Positions 9,850-18,376 of a stretch of DNA of 39,732 bases are shown piece by piece. The stretch covers positions 1 to 39,732 of IMG/VR virus record IMGVR_UViG_3300028955_000061. One strand, 5' to 3'. Below the pieces are notes generated by a model. The model was not told where the DNA came from, made no database searches, and worked only from the letters and a program-made list of their open reading frames with translations. The stretch comes from a virus. Its lineage: Duplodnaviria > Heunggongvirae > Uroviricota > Caudoviricetes. A program made the position numbers and the translations under genes. Position 1 is the stretch's first letter. Each line of letters starts with the position of its first letter.

Positions 9850-10596
9850 ATGAAAAATATTGCGACAGGCGATGTTCTTGAACGTATCCGCAGACTGGCC
9901 CCGTCACATGTAACCGCGCCATTCAAGACGGTAGCGGAGTGGCGCGAGTGGCAACTTTCCGAAGGCCAGAAACGTTGTGAGGAGATCAACCGTCAGAATC
10001 GTCAGTTGCGGGTGGAAAAAATTCTGAATCGCTCTGGCATCCAGCCATTGCACCGCAAATGCTCGTTTTCGAATTACCAGGTGCAGAACGAAGGGCAGCG
10101 ATACGCGTTGAGTCAGGCGAAATCCATCGCTGATGAACTGATGACCGGGTGTACAAATTTTGCGTTCAGCGGAAAACCTGGTACCGGGAAGAACCACTTA
10201 GCGGCAGCTATCGGGAATCGCCTGCTGAAAGACGGTCAGACAGTGATTGTGGTTACCGTGGCTGATGTTATGAGTGCCCTGCACGCCAGCTATGACGATG
10301 GGCAGTCAGGCGAAAAATTTTTGCGGGAACTGTGCGAAGTGGATCTGCTGGTTCTTGATGAAATTGGCATTCAGCGCGAGACGAAAAACGAGCAGGTGGT
10401 ACTGCACCAGATTGTTGATCGCCGGACAGCGTCGATGCGCAGCGTGGGGATGCTGACAAACCTGAACTATGAGGCCATGAAAACATTGCTCGGCGAGCGG
10501 ATTATGGATCGCATGACCATGAACGGCGGGCGATGGGTGAATTTTAACTGGGAGAGCTGGCGTCCGAATGTCGTCCAGCCAGGAATTGCGAAGTAA
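9850..10596 (+). CDS. ydaV: YdaV DnaC/IstB-like replication ATPase (helicase loader), 248 aa
   Basis: Walker [16 protein letters not shown] and Walker [10 protein letters not shown] motifs. Confidence 0.9.
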
Positions 10597-10618
10597 TTTT
10601 TACCGGGAGAAAAATTTA

Positions 10619-11380
10619 ATGGAGACTGTTTTTGACGCACTGAAAGCAATGGGAAAAGCCACATCCATAGAACTTGCTGCGCGACTTGATATCAGTCGTG
10701 AAGAAGTGCTGAACGAACTATGGGAACTGAAAAAGGCTGGTTTTGTTGATAAAAGCGCGTACACCTGGCGTGTGGCTGATAACAATGTTCAGCAGGAACA
10801 GCCAGCGCAGGCAGAACTGCCGGAAGAAATCACCACAGCAACAGTAGCGAAAATCTCAGAGTGCGATTTAACCGCGACGATTGAACAACGAGGACCACAA
10901 ACGGCTGATGAGCTGGCTACATTGTTTGGTACCACATCACGCAAAGTGGCTTCAACGCTGGCAATGGCAATCAGCAAAGGTCGTCTGATTCGCGTAAATC
11001 AGGGCGGTAAATTTCGTTACTGCATACCGGGCGATAATTTACCAGCAGAGCCGAAAGCAGCATCGGTAGCGGAAACTGATGGTAAGGCCTTTCCTCAGAC
11101 CGCAGGTGTTGCGTTACCAGTACAGGAGGCTGCAACACAGGAAGATATTAAAACAGAAACTGTGGCGGACATTGTGCAGTCGCTGCCATCGTTTACTGAA
11201 ACGCGAGCGGATGACCTGGTTTTACCATCACTGCATATGGCAAACCGCGAACTGCGTCGGGCGAAAAATCATGTCCAGAAGTGGGAGCGTGTCTGCGCCG
11301 CGCTGCGTGAGTTGAACAAGCACAGGGATATTGTACGACAGATTACTGATTCTTCCCGCCATGTTGCATCGGAAAAGTGA
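10619..11380 (+). CDS. ydaW: YdaW-like protein with two winged-helix-like segments, full length (253 aa from Met METVF)
   Basis: GGGAGA ribosome-binding site before ATG at 10619; synteny after ydaV; the track ORF begins at 10568 and overlaps the ydaV 3' end. Confidence 0.7.
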
Positions 11381-11395
11381 TTGCCGGAGGCACCT

Positions 11396-11818
11396 ATGGC
11401 AAAAGTATTTACACAAGAAGAGCGGGAAAAAATTAAAGGACAGGTTCTTGAACTCGTACGCCAGAGTGGGCGCGAGACGTTACGACAACTGGAAGCTAAA
11501 ACTGGGGCAACAAGATATCTGATGAGCGTTCTGGCCAGAGAGCTGGTTGCCAGTGGCGATGTATACAATTCTGGCTACGGGTTATTCCCGTCTGAACAGG
11601 CTCGTAAAGACTGGCAAAATGCCCGCAAAAAATTATCGAGGGCAAAGCTGAAGAAACCGGTTGTGGTTGATCCGGACCTTATCTGGTCGTTACCTGACGG
11701 AGAAATACGTCGCTACGACAGTCGCCTAAACATAATCTGTCGCGAGTGCCGGAAGAGTGAAGCTATGCAGCGTGTACTGGCTTTCTATCAGGGTAATTTT
11801 CAGGAGGCGGTACTGTGA
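11396..11818 (+). CDS. Hypothetical phage protein, 140 aa
   Basis: GGAGG ribosome-binding site 5 nt before ATG (MAKVFTQEEREK...); the track ORF starts at an upstream TTG at 11381. Confidence 0.6.
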   Translation: MAKVFTQEEREKIKGQVLELVRQSGRETLRQLEAKTGATRYLMSVLARELVASGDVYNSGYGLFPSEQARKDWQNARKKLSRAKLKKPVVVDPDLIWSLPDGEIRRYDSRLNIICRECRKSEAMQRVLAFYQGNFQEAVL

Positions 11819-11875
11819 GTGAAATTAGCTATCAGGCTTCAATTACCGCTGGCATTCGCATCAAAGGAGAGGAGC

Positions 11876-12232
11876 ATGGAAATAAAACCAGAGGATGAGT
11901 TAAGCAATATCGTTTTATTTCCGGTAAAAGAGGATGACCCTCGTAATCAGGTTAATTTTCTTTATGAGCCATCGGAAAGACCATATTGTCATCACGCCTC
12001 TGTCCGGGTTGACGAAAAAGAGCGTCAGGTCCGCTGTAAAATCTGCGGTGCAGTTGTGGAGCCATTTGACTGGATGCTCTCTGTGGCGAAAAGAGAAACC
12101 AGACTGGCAGATGATGTAAGGCTCTTGCGTCAGGAGGAGCGGGAAAGGCGAAAAAATATAGAAAAGCTAATTCAGATTGAGCGTAACGCGAAAGCGCGGA
12201 TACGCAGGGCGACAAAATCCAGAACTGAATAA
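11876..12232 (+). CDS. Hypothetical protein with a Cys-x13-Cys-x2-Cys zinc-ribbon-like motif, 118 aa
   Basis: AGGAGAGGAG ribosome-binding site before ATG at 11876 (MEIKPEDEL...); basic coiled C-terminus. Confidence 0.55.
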   Translation: MEIKPEDELSNIVLFPVKEDDPRNQVNFLYEPSERPYCHHASVRVDEKERQVRCKICGAVVEPFDWMLSVAKRETRLADDVRLLRQEERERRKNIEKLIQIERNAKARIRRATKSRTE

Positions 12233-12325
12233 TTAAATTTAGCTCTGTTAAAAATTTAATCCTTAACCGGAGGGATTTCTGCACCCTCAGAACATCAGGA
12301 GGCCGCCCGAAAGGGCGGTAGTTAA

Positions 12326-12508
12326 ATGCGAAAGTTTAAAATAATTATTGAAACGGGAATAGCCGGTGGAGATTTCGAGGATGAATTCGAAGTGGATGAT
12401 GATGCGACGCCTGATGAAATACATGACGAAGCAAAAGATATTTTCTTTAACTACTGCAATTACTCATATCACGAAATAAAAGACGAAGAGGAAGAACAAA
12501 ATGGCTGA
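12326..12508 (+). CDS. Small highly acidic protein, 60 aa (Asp/Glu-rich)
   Basis: Translation MRKFKIIIETGIAGGDFEDEFEVDDDATPDEIHDEAKDIFFNYCNYSYHEIKDEEEEQNG; AGGAGG and a stem-loop lie upstream; its stop overlaps the next ORF start. Confidence 0.5.
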   Translation: MRKFKIIIETGIAGGDFEDEFEVDDDATPDEIHDEAKDIFFNYCNYSYHEIKDEEEEQNG

Positions 12509-12677
12509 TTTTGGTTCAACTAAATACAACGTCAGTTTTGAAGAATGGCATGAACTGTTAATGGACTATGCAGAGTTACGTGGTGGCAGTGCTGCTGATG
12601 CTGAAGCATGGCGTGATGATTATGAAGCAGGAAAAACTCCGGTCGAAGCATATTGTGATGAGTGGGGCGATGAATGA
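12501..12677 (+). CDS. Small acidic protein, 58 aa (MADFGSTKYNVSFEEWHELL...)
   Basis: Hand-translated; ATG overlaps the previous stop and its stop overlaps the next ATG (ATGA), indicating translational coupling; absent from the track because under 60 aa. Confidence 0.45.
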   Translation: MADFGSTKYNVSFEEWHELLMDYAELRGGSAADAEAWRDDYEAGKTPVEAYCDEWGDE

Positions 12678-12990
12678 GCGAGGTTAATTATCAGGAAGGG
12701 CATGAAACGGCGGGGCAAGCAAAAACAGTGGCATGGCGATATCGCTACGTGAAAAAAAAGGCGTTACGGACTTTCAGGGGAAGTAGTGGTCTGGTGACTG
12801 GAAATATGTACCGAAAAAAGAGGATTGTAACGACAGGCCGAACTATGAAATTCAGGCCTTATTCACTGCCCCGCCAGTCCCGGTTACATCAGAAGAACTG
12901 GTTAAAGCTGTGCACTTTTATGAACAACTAAAACGCGAAAATCCACCAGCATCCGGAAACCTGATTACAGATTCCCAGATAAGGCAATGA
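12674..12990 (+). CDS. Small ORF with a candidate -1 frameshift (or pseudogene): frame-0 ORF 12674-12931 contains two in-frame A AAA AAG heptamers; the -1 frame stays open to 12990
   Basis: Heptamers at about 12754-12760 and 12814-12820; the -1 frame after the second reads EDCNDRPNYEIQALFTAPPVPVTSEELVKAVHFYEQLKRENPPASGNLITDSQIRQ, which is more protein-like than the frame-0 tail and has no start codon of its own. Confidence 0.3.
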
Positions 12991-13160
12991 GCTACCTGGC
13001 GCAGAACGGGCTGATAAGTATGGGGAATGTTTTACGATGAATATTTAGACTAAAGAGTTTGTAACGCTATGTAAGTGATTTTTTCTGGTTTAGATATTTA
13101 TATGTCCGGCCAAATTGAGGTGTGTTTAAATGTAATTGCACATTGATTGTAGGAGGAATA

Positions 13161-13340
13161 ATGAAAAACGCATTGCAGTTTTTGTTTGTTGCGTTCTGGT
13201 TGTTCGTATCATGTATGCCCATCATCTTCACAGCAAGGTATATGGAAAAAGTTGATGTTTTGATATTAATATTTGGATATATAAATGCCCTTTTTTTAGG
13301 GGTGTTCATGGCGGTCATGTGCATTGAATACTGGCGGTAA
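13161..13340 (+). CDS. Small hydrophobic membrane protein, 59 aa, in an AT-rich islet
   Basis: AGGAGG ribosome-binding site before ATG (MKNALQFLFVAFWLFVSCMPIIF...); two predicted transmembrane helices. Confidence 0.5.
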   Translation: MKNALQFLFVAFWLFVSCMPIIFTARYMEKVDVLILIFGYINALFLGVFMAVMCIEYWR

Positions 13341-13439
13341 ATACAGCGAACGCCATTGGTTTAGTTGGATATTTACTGTGCCGGACAAAAACGGTTTGCG
13401 GGGAAATCTTAGTTAAGTAGAATGACTGCGGGTGCTTGA

Positions 13440-13600
13440 GGCTATCTGTCTCAGGCATGAACACCAAAAGGCAGATAGAGAAAAGCCCCAGTTAACATTA
13501 CGCGTCCTGCAAGACGCTTAACATTAATCTGAGGCCATATCTATGCGACACATAGAGATTAGCCTCTTACGGACCGAAAGGTCAAGGAGAAGCAGGCTAT
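13440..13600 (-). ncRNA. Expected Sok-like antisense RNA region for the hok locus (not resolved to exact ends)
   Basis: Inferred from the conserved organisation of hok/sok loci; promoter not confidently identified in the sequence. Confidence 0.3.
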
Positions 13601-13754
13601 GAAGCAGCAAAAGGCGATGTTAATCGCCCTGATCGTCATCTGTTTAACCGTCATAGTGACGGCACTGGTAACGAGGAAAGACCTCTGCGAGGTACGAATC
13701 CGAACCGGCCAGACGGAGGTCGCTGTCTTCACAGCTTACGAACCTGAGGAGTAA
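13599..13754 (+). CDS. hok: Hok/Gef-family type I toxin (HokD/RelF-like), 51 aa
   Basis: Translation MKQQKAMLIALIVICLTVIVTALVTRKDLCEVRIRTGQTEVAVFTAYEPEE has the Hok family signature; a short mok-like ORF overlaps the start; long structured leader upstream. Confidence 0.85.
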   Translation: MKQQKAMLIALIVICLTVIVTALVTRKDLCEVRIRTGQTEVAVFTAYEPEE

Positions 13755-13816
13755 GAGACCTGGCGGGGGAGAAATCCCTCGCCACCTCTGATGTGTCAGG
13801 CATCCTCAACGCACCC

Positions 13817-13850
13817 GCACTTAACCCGCTTCGGCGGGTTTTGTTTTTTC
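13817..13850 (+). terminator. Rho-independent terminator of hok mRNA (cccgcttcggcggg followed by a T-run)
   Basis: GC stem, tetraloop and TTTTGTTTTTT tail directly downstream of hok. Confidence 0.65.
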
Positions 13851-13921
13851 CTGGCATTCTGGTTTACAATTCGCACGTCAGCCTGAACACCTGACACCTG
13901 CTGCGCCAGCAGAGAAAACAG

Positions 13922-14194
13922 ATGGCGCACAAAACCAAATTTCACAATTCTGATACCGACCTTGCCATCCGGCATGAGCGGCGTTCACACGCATTTAAAA
14001 CCGACTGGTACCAACACCCACCATGTACTGAAGAACAGGCCGAATGGCTGATTCATTCTTACCGCAGGCGCGGGTTCGAGGTTAAGAAAGCTCTCAGTCT
14101 CGACTATCGGCACTGGATAATCTCTGTCAGGCTGCCTTATTCCGAACGCCCACCACGTCCGTCCCGCACTTTCCAGCAACGGATCTGGAGGTAA
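13922..14194 (+). CDS. Hypothetical protein (Qin rem-like position), 90 aa
   Basis: ORF preceding the DUF968 gene, with its stop inside that gene's ribosome-binding site; the neighbourhood resembles Qin hokD-rem-ydfU. Confidence 0.5.
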   Translation: MAHKTKFHNSDTDLAIRHERRSHAFKTDWYQHPPCTEEQAEWLIHSYRRRGFEVKKALSLDYRHWIISVRLPYSERPPRPSRTFQQRIWR

Positions 14195-14195
14195 C

Positions 14196-15245
14196 GTGCG
14201 GGTATTACTTAGACCTGTTCTGGTGCCTGAGCTTGGGCTGGTGGTCCTTAAGCCGGGCCGTGAATCCATACAGATATTTCATAATCCTCGAGTGCTGGTG
14301 GAGCCGGAACCGAAAAGCATGCGTAATCTGCCGTCCGGGGTTGTTCCTGCCGTTCGCCAGCCGCTAGTGGAAGACAAAACATTGCTGCCGTTTTTCAGTA
14401 ACGCACGGGTGATTCGTGCTGCTGGTGGTGCTGGTGCATTGTCTGACTGGCTGTTGCGCCATATTAAATCCTGCCAGTGGCCACACGGCGATTATCATCA
14501 CAGCGAAACCGTCATTCACCGTTATGGTACCGGCGCAATGGTGTTGTGCTGGCACTGCGACAACCAGCTGCGTGACCAGACATCCGAATCACTCGGGCAA
14601 CTTGCTCATCAAAACCTGTCAGCATGGATGATTGACGTCATCGGTCACGCAATAAGCGGTACGCAGGAGCGTGAATTATCTTTGGCTGAATTATCCTGGT
14701 GGGCGGTCCGCAATCAGGTGGCGGACGCGCTACCGGAAGCGGTATTACGTCGTTCGCTGGGGTTGCGTGCAGAAAAAATCCGCTCAATGTACCGTGAAAG
14801 CGACATCGTACCGGGAGAGCAGACCGCCACCAGCATACTGAAACAGCGCACAAAAAATCTTGCGCCGCTGCCTCACGCCCACCAGCAACAGAACCCACCA
14901 CAGGAAAAGACGGTGGTCAGCATTGCCGTTGATCCTGAGTCTCCGGAATCTTTCATGAAACGACCTAAACGTCGCCGCTGGGTTAACGAGAAATACACAC
15001 GCTGGGTGAAGACACAGCCGTGTGCGTGTTGTAGTAAGCCAGCCGACGATCCCCATCACCTGATTGGTCATGGTCAGGGCGGAATGGGAACAAAATCCCA
15101 CGATATTTTCACGCTACCGCTGTGTCGGGAGCATCACAACGAGCTTCATGCGGATCCGCTGGCGTTCGAAGAAAAGCATGGTTCTCAGGTTGATTTAATT
15201 TTTCGTTTTCTTGATCACGCCTTTGCAACCGGCGTGCTTGGGTAA
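14196..15245 (+). CDS. YdfU-like DUF968 protein with a C-terminal HNH-like zinc-finger nuclease motif, 349 aa
   Basis: GTG start after GGAGG; C-terminal CACC...HHLIGHG...CREHHNELH motif; same length as recalled Qin YdfU. Confidence 0.7.
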   Translation: MRVLLRPVLVPELGLVVLKPGRESIQIFHNPRVLVEPEPKSMRNLPSGVVPAVRQPLVEDKTLLPFFSNARVIRAAGGAGALSDWLLRHIKSCQWPHGDYHHSETVIHRYGTGAMVLCWHCDNQLRDQTSESLGQLAHQNLSAWMIDVIGHAISGTQERELSLAELSWWAVRNQVADALPEAVLRRSLGLRAEKIRSMYRESDIVPGEQTATSILKQRTKNLAPLPHAHQQQNPPQEKTVVSIAVDPESPESFMKRPKRRRWVNEKYTRWVKTQPCACCSKPADDPHHLIGHGQGGMGTKSHDIFTLPLCREHHNELHADPLAFEEKHGSQVDLIFRFLDHAFATGVLG

Positions 15246-15257
15246 AAGGGGTTACTG

Positions 15258-15632
15258 ATGCGTATAGAGTTTGTTTTGCCTTACCCGCCGACGGTGAACA
15301 CCTACTGGCGACGTCGTGGCAGCACATATTTTGTATCAAAAGCCGGTGAGCGTTATCGCCGTGATGTGGCGCTTATTGTTCGCCAGCAGCGACTGAAATT
15401 AAATCTGTTCGGAAGGCTGGCGATCAGGATTATTGTGGAGCCACCGGATAAGCGTCGTCGCGACCTGGACAATATCCTGAAAGCACCGCTGGATGCGCTG
15501 ACGCATGCGGGAGTGTTAATGGACGATGAGCAGTTTGATGAAATCAATATCGTTCGTGGTCAGCCAGTATCTGGAGGACGTCTGGGGGTGAAGATTTACC
15601 CCATAATGCATGAAGAGCAGGTCAAAAAATGA
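15258..15632 (+). CDS. rusA: RusA-family Holliday junction resolvase, 124 aa
   Basis: Motifs PPTVNTYW and KRRRDLDNILKAPLDALT typical of RusA; position just upstream of Q. Confidence 0.85.
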   Translation: MRIEFVLPYPPTVNTYWRRRGSTYFVSKAGERYRRDVALIVRQQRLKLNLFGRLAIRIIVEPPDKRRRDLDNILKAPLDALTHAGVLMDDEQFDEINIVRGQPVSGGRLGVKIYPIMHEEQVKK

Positions 15633-16450
15633 AACTGGAAGATTTACCGAAATACTACTCCCCAAAATCCCCTTGCCTGACCGATGCATCGGCCTCAACG
15701 TCAAAAGATGCGCTGAGTATCACTGATGTGATGGCCGCGCAGGGCATGACACAGAATCGGGCTGAGATGGGGTTTTCTGCGTTCCTGGGGAAAATGGGCA
15801 TCAGTATGAATGACAGGGCGCGGGCAACAGAATTACTGGCAGATTATGCACTCAGTCGGTGCGATCGTGTGGCGGCGTTGAGAAAACTTCCGGCAGAAAT
15901 AAAACCGGTAGTGATGCGCATTATGGCTACGTATGCGTTTGAAGATTATGCCCGCAGTGCAGCGAGTAAAAAGCAGTGTCCTTGTTGCCGTGGGGAAAAA
16001 TTTATTGAAAGCGAAGTTTTTACAAACAAGGTTCAGTATCCGGATGGTAAGCCGCCAGTATGGGCAAAGTGCACAAAAGGCGTGTATCCGTCTTATTGGG
16101 AAGAATGGAAAAAAATCCGGGAGGTGGTGAAAGTTTCCTGTCCTGAATGTAAAGGGAAGGGAGAGATTTCCACTGCCTGTAAAGACTGCCGTGGGCGTGG
16201 TGTTGCCATTCATCGTGAAGAGTCAGAAAAACGGGGTATGCCTGTTATCAGGGACTGCCGGCGTTGTGGCGGTCGTGGCTATGAAAGACTGCCATCAACG
16301 GAGGCATTTAATGCCATACGCAAAGTGACGAGTGCTATCACGCTTGATACGTGGAAAAAATCAGTGAAACGCTTTTACGATACGTTGGTGGTTCGGTTTG
16401 ACATTGAAGAGGCATGGGCGGAGCGGCAGTTAAAGAGGGTAACGCGATAG
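15629..16450 (+). CDS. Q: Late antiterminator Q (lambda Q family) with an inserted extra CxxC zinc-finger segment, 273 aa
   Basis: Matches recalled lambda Q in SPKSP, TDVMAA, ATYAFEDYARSAA, CKDCRGRG, CRRCGGRGY and TW..VK..YD.LVV; ATGA overlap with rusA. Confidence 0.85.
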   Translation: MKLEDLPKYYSPKSPCLTDASASTSKDALSITDVMAAQGMTQNRAEMGFSAFLGKMGISMNDRARATELLADYALSRCDRVAALRKLPAEIKPVVMRIMATYAFEDYARSAASKKQCPCCRGEKFIESEVFTNKVQYPDGKPPVWAKCTKGVYPSYWEEWKKIREVVKVSCPECKGKGEISTACKDCRGRGVAIHREESEKRGMPVIRDCRRCGGRGYERLPSTEAFNAIRKVTSAITLDTWKKSVKRFYDTLVVRFDIEEAWAERQLKRVTR

Positions 16451-16455
16451 TATCG

Positions 16456-16483
16456 TTGATTTTTCCCGAATCTGTGTTAAATT
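16456..16483 (+). promoter_or_regulatory. PR'-like Q-dependent late promoter: -35 TTGATT, extended -10 TGtTAAATT
   Basis: Spacing and TAAATT -10 like lambda PR'; located immediately downstream of Q. Confidence 0.5.
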
Positions 16484-16530
16484 CGCCCTAATGATGGGCG
16501 TTTTATGCCTGACGTTAGAGGAATTTTTAC

Positions 16531-16556
16531 AGCCCGCCTCCGAGTGGGCTTTTGTT
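16531..16556 (+). terminator. tR'-like rho-independent terminator (agcccgc-ctccga-gtgggct followed by TTTTGTT)
   Basis: 7-bp GC-rich stem and T tail about 50-65 nt downstream of the PR'-like -10. Confidence 0.6.
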
Positions 16557-16730
16557 GATCGTAAAAACAGTATGTATGGTATCTAACAATAGGTGATTCC
16601 TGCTTTGATGCAGGATGTGGATATGATACTGTATGTTTGTACACTATCAATATGATCAAATAACCAGTAACCACTTTAAATGAATTGGTATTAAATTAGA
16701 CTCTTCCCTACTTCATTTGGATAAGAGTTT

Positions 16731-17771
16731 ATGGTTTCTGAAACTGTAACGATTACGTTCTATAAAATTCAAAAATGTGGTTACTACCGTTACGGTGTTG
16801 TAAGCCCTGCATTTGGTGGTTGTGACGAGTTGCTCACAGATCTTGCTTTATGGGCAGAAGGGAAAAAACTCAAACAGACAAAGACATATGAAGCAAATGA
16901 TGAGGTTTTACCTGCTTATCTTCTGGATATGAAACGTGCTGGTGACAATGTGGTTTTGTTGCTCTGGAATGAGGTTCCTTCTACAGATCAAAGTGTTCCA
17001 TCGGTTCAGGAAGATACAGAATTTGGTACGGACCCAACAGTAATACTTAATTCAATCCAGAAGGGAAGTATTCCTGGTTTTGCTACTTACTTTTGGTTTA
17101 TTCCATCCATGGATTTAGTGGCTAGCATCAAGTTTAACCATGCTTTGACGGGACAGAAGGCGATGCAATGCTATCTCTATCATTTTTTAAAACAGTCATC
17201 AAGCCACGTTGTGGCGGAAAGTGTGGAGAAGGAAGATGGCACGCATGAGGTGGTTATCAAGGGCTATAAAATTAACCCAACAGATGATGTGCTGCCAAAG
17301 AAAAAACACTATCCACAGTTCGTAGCTGGTTTAGTAAGAAATCCTGGTAAACATGAAGTTATTAGGCAGAATGCTAATATTGTTTCTAAAATTGAAAAGG
17401 TTGTTGAACTTGATGTGTCAAAACCTGACGAGTTTAGCCTGTGGCAAAAACTATTGATTAATATGAATATTAGCCATCCACAAACTGCAAATACCTCAAC
17501 AAAAATTAGATATGAACTTTCTCCGAATGTTGATATTGATGACATCGAGGGGATGATTGATGATTGGAATAAACATAGCGATACAAACTCTTGTGATTAT
17601 GGTTTTGTATTTAAAGGAGATCCAACGACATATTGGCTCAGTCGTTCATTAGCACGAACCAAATTCCACTTGAATTTGGAGCGACAGGACGCCGAGTTTG
17701 TGTCCTCGGAATCTCTTCTTTCTGAACTTGTAGGCAAAAGGGAGCTCATATTACGCGAGGCGGGAATGTAG
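16731..17771 (+). CDS. Hypothetical soluble protein, 346 aa, first gene of a low-GC cargo cassette between Q and the lysis genes; candidate defence or abortive-infection sensor/effector
   Basis: Long ORF in an AT-rich island; no signal peptide or Walker motif seen; family not recognised by eye. Confidence 0.7.
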   Translation: MVSETVTITFYKIQKCGYYRYGVVSPAFGGCDELLTDLALWAEGKKLKQTKTYEANDEVLPAYLLDMKRAGDNVVLLLWNEVPSTDQSVPSVQEDTEFGTDPTVILNSIQKGSIPGFATYFWFIPSMDLVASIKFNHALTGQKAMQCYLYHFLKQSSSHVVAESVEKEDGTHEVVIKGYKINPTDDVLPKKKHYPQFVAGLVRNPGKHEVIRQNANIVSKIEKVVELDVSKPDEFSLWQKLLINMNISHPQTANTSTKIRYELSPNVDIDDIEGMIDDWNKHSDTNSCDYGFVFKGDPTTYWLSRSLARTKFHLNLERQDAEFVSSESLLSELVGKRELILREAGM

Positions 17772-18281
17772 ATGAAAATCTTAGGTGGAATTTTTCTTAT
17801 GGTCGTTCTGATTTTTTCTGCCTATTTTGGGAAGAATGTTCCCTTCTCATCCCAGTGGCCTCTTTATGAGGCCCTGCGAACTACAGCATCCATTATCTTT
17901 GCAGTTGTGGGAGCTTGGTTTGCGATAATCTATCCTGAACGATTAAAAAAATCATTTAGAGGTGGCAGTTCAGCGAGTGAATCTAATGGCAGTGGGATTA
18001 CAAGGTTATTTACACCAATTGTACATTCTACTGCTATTTTAGCATCAGTTTTAATTATTGGCGTTGTTGCGCCATTAGTAAAACAGATACCGTTTTTTAT
18101 AGATCACAAGGACATTTTTAGGGGCGCGTCATATGCCATTTTGGTTTTTTTAACTTTATGGCAACTGTTGACAGTAATTTATAGTCTCATTGGTCCTGAT
18201 ATGGTTAAAAGACATAACTCGTTCCAAGAGAGAGAGAAAGATGCTGCTAATTCTATATTACCTGTCAATAAACGCAAATAA
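17772..18281 (+). CDS. Hypothetical integral membrane protein with four predicted transmembrane helices, 169 aa; candidate membrane effector
   Basis: ATG directly abuts the upstream stop (TAGATG) with a GAGG ribosome-binding site inside the upstream gene; four hydrophobic helices. Confidence 0.7.
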   Translation: MKILGGIFLMVVLIFSAYFGKNVPFSSQWPLYEALRTTASIIFAVVGAWFAIIYPERLKKSFRGGSSASESNGSGITRLFTPIVHSTAILASVLIIGVVAPLVKQIPFFIDHKDIFRGASYAILVFLTLWQLLTVIYSLIGPDMVKRHNSFQEREKDAANSILPVNKRK

Positions 18282-18376
18282 CATTTAAGTTAGTAAATTC
18301 GTTTCTTGAGTCGAGTCGCCATGTTGATGGTTTTGTATTTATTATAACGAATAACGGGTTCTTTTGATCATTTTAT

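Noticed and set aside
9414-10197. Minus-strand ORFs (191 and 97 aa) antisense to ydaU and ydaV
   Set aside because: They overlap well-supported replication genes on the opposite strand; Ser/Arg-rich composition typical of antisense frames
12240-12320. Stem-loop gccgcccgaaagggcggt upstream of the acidic small ORF as a transcription terminator
   Set aside because: No downstream T-run; it sits between an AGGAGG and the ATG, so it is more likely an mRNA structure affecting translation initiation than a terminator
16731-17771. Identification of the cargo protein as Kiwa KwaB, lambda RexA or a Shedu-like nuclease
   Set aside because: Gene order (large protein then membrane protein) is opposite to the recalled kwaA-kwaB order, and no PD-(D/E)xK or Walker motif could be confirmed by eye; only the Rex-like architecture is claimed, not homology
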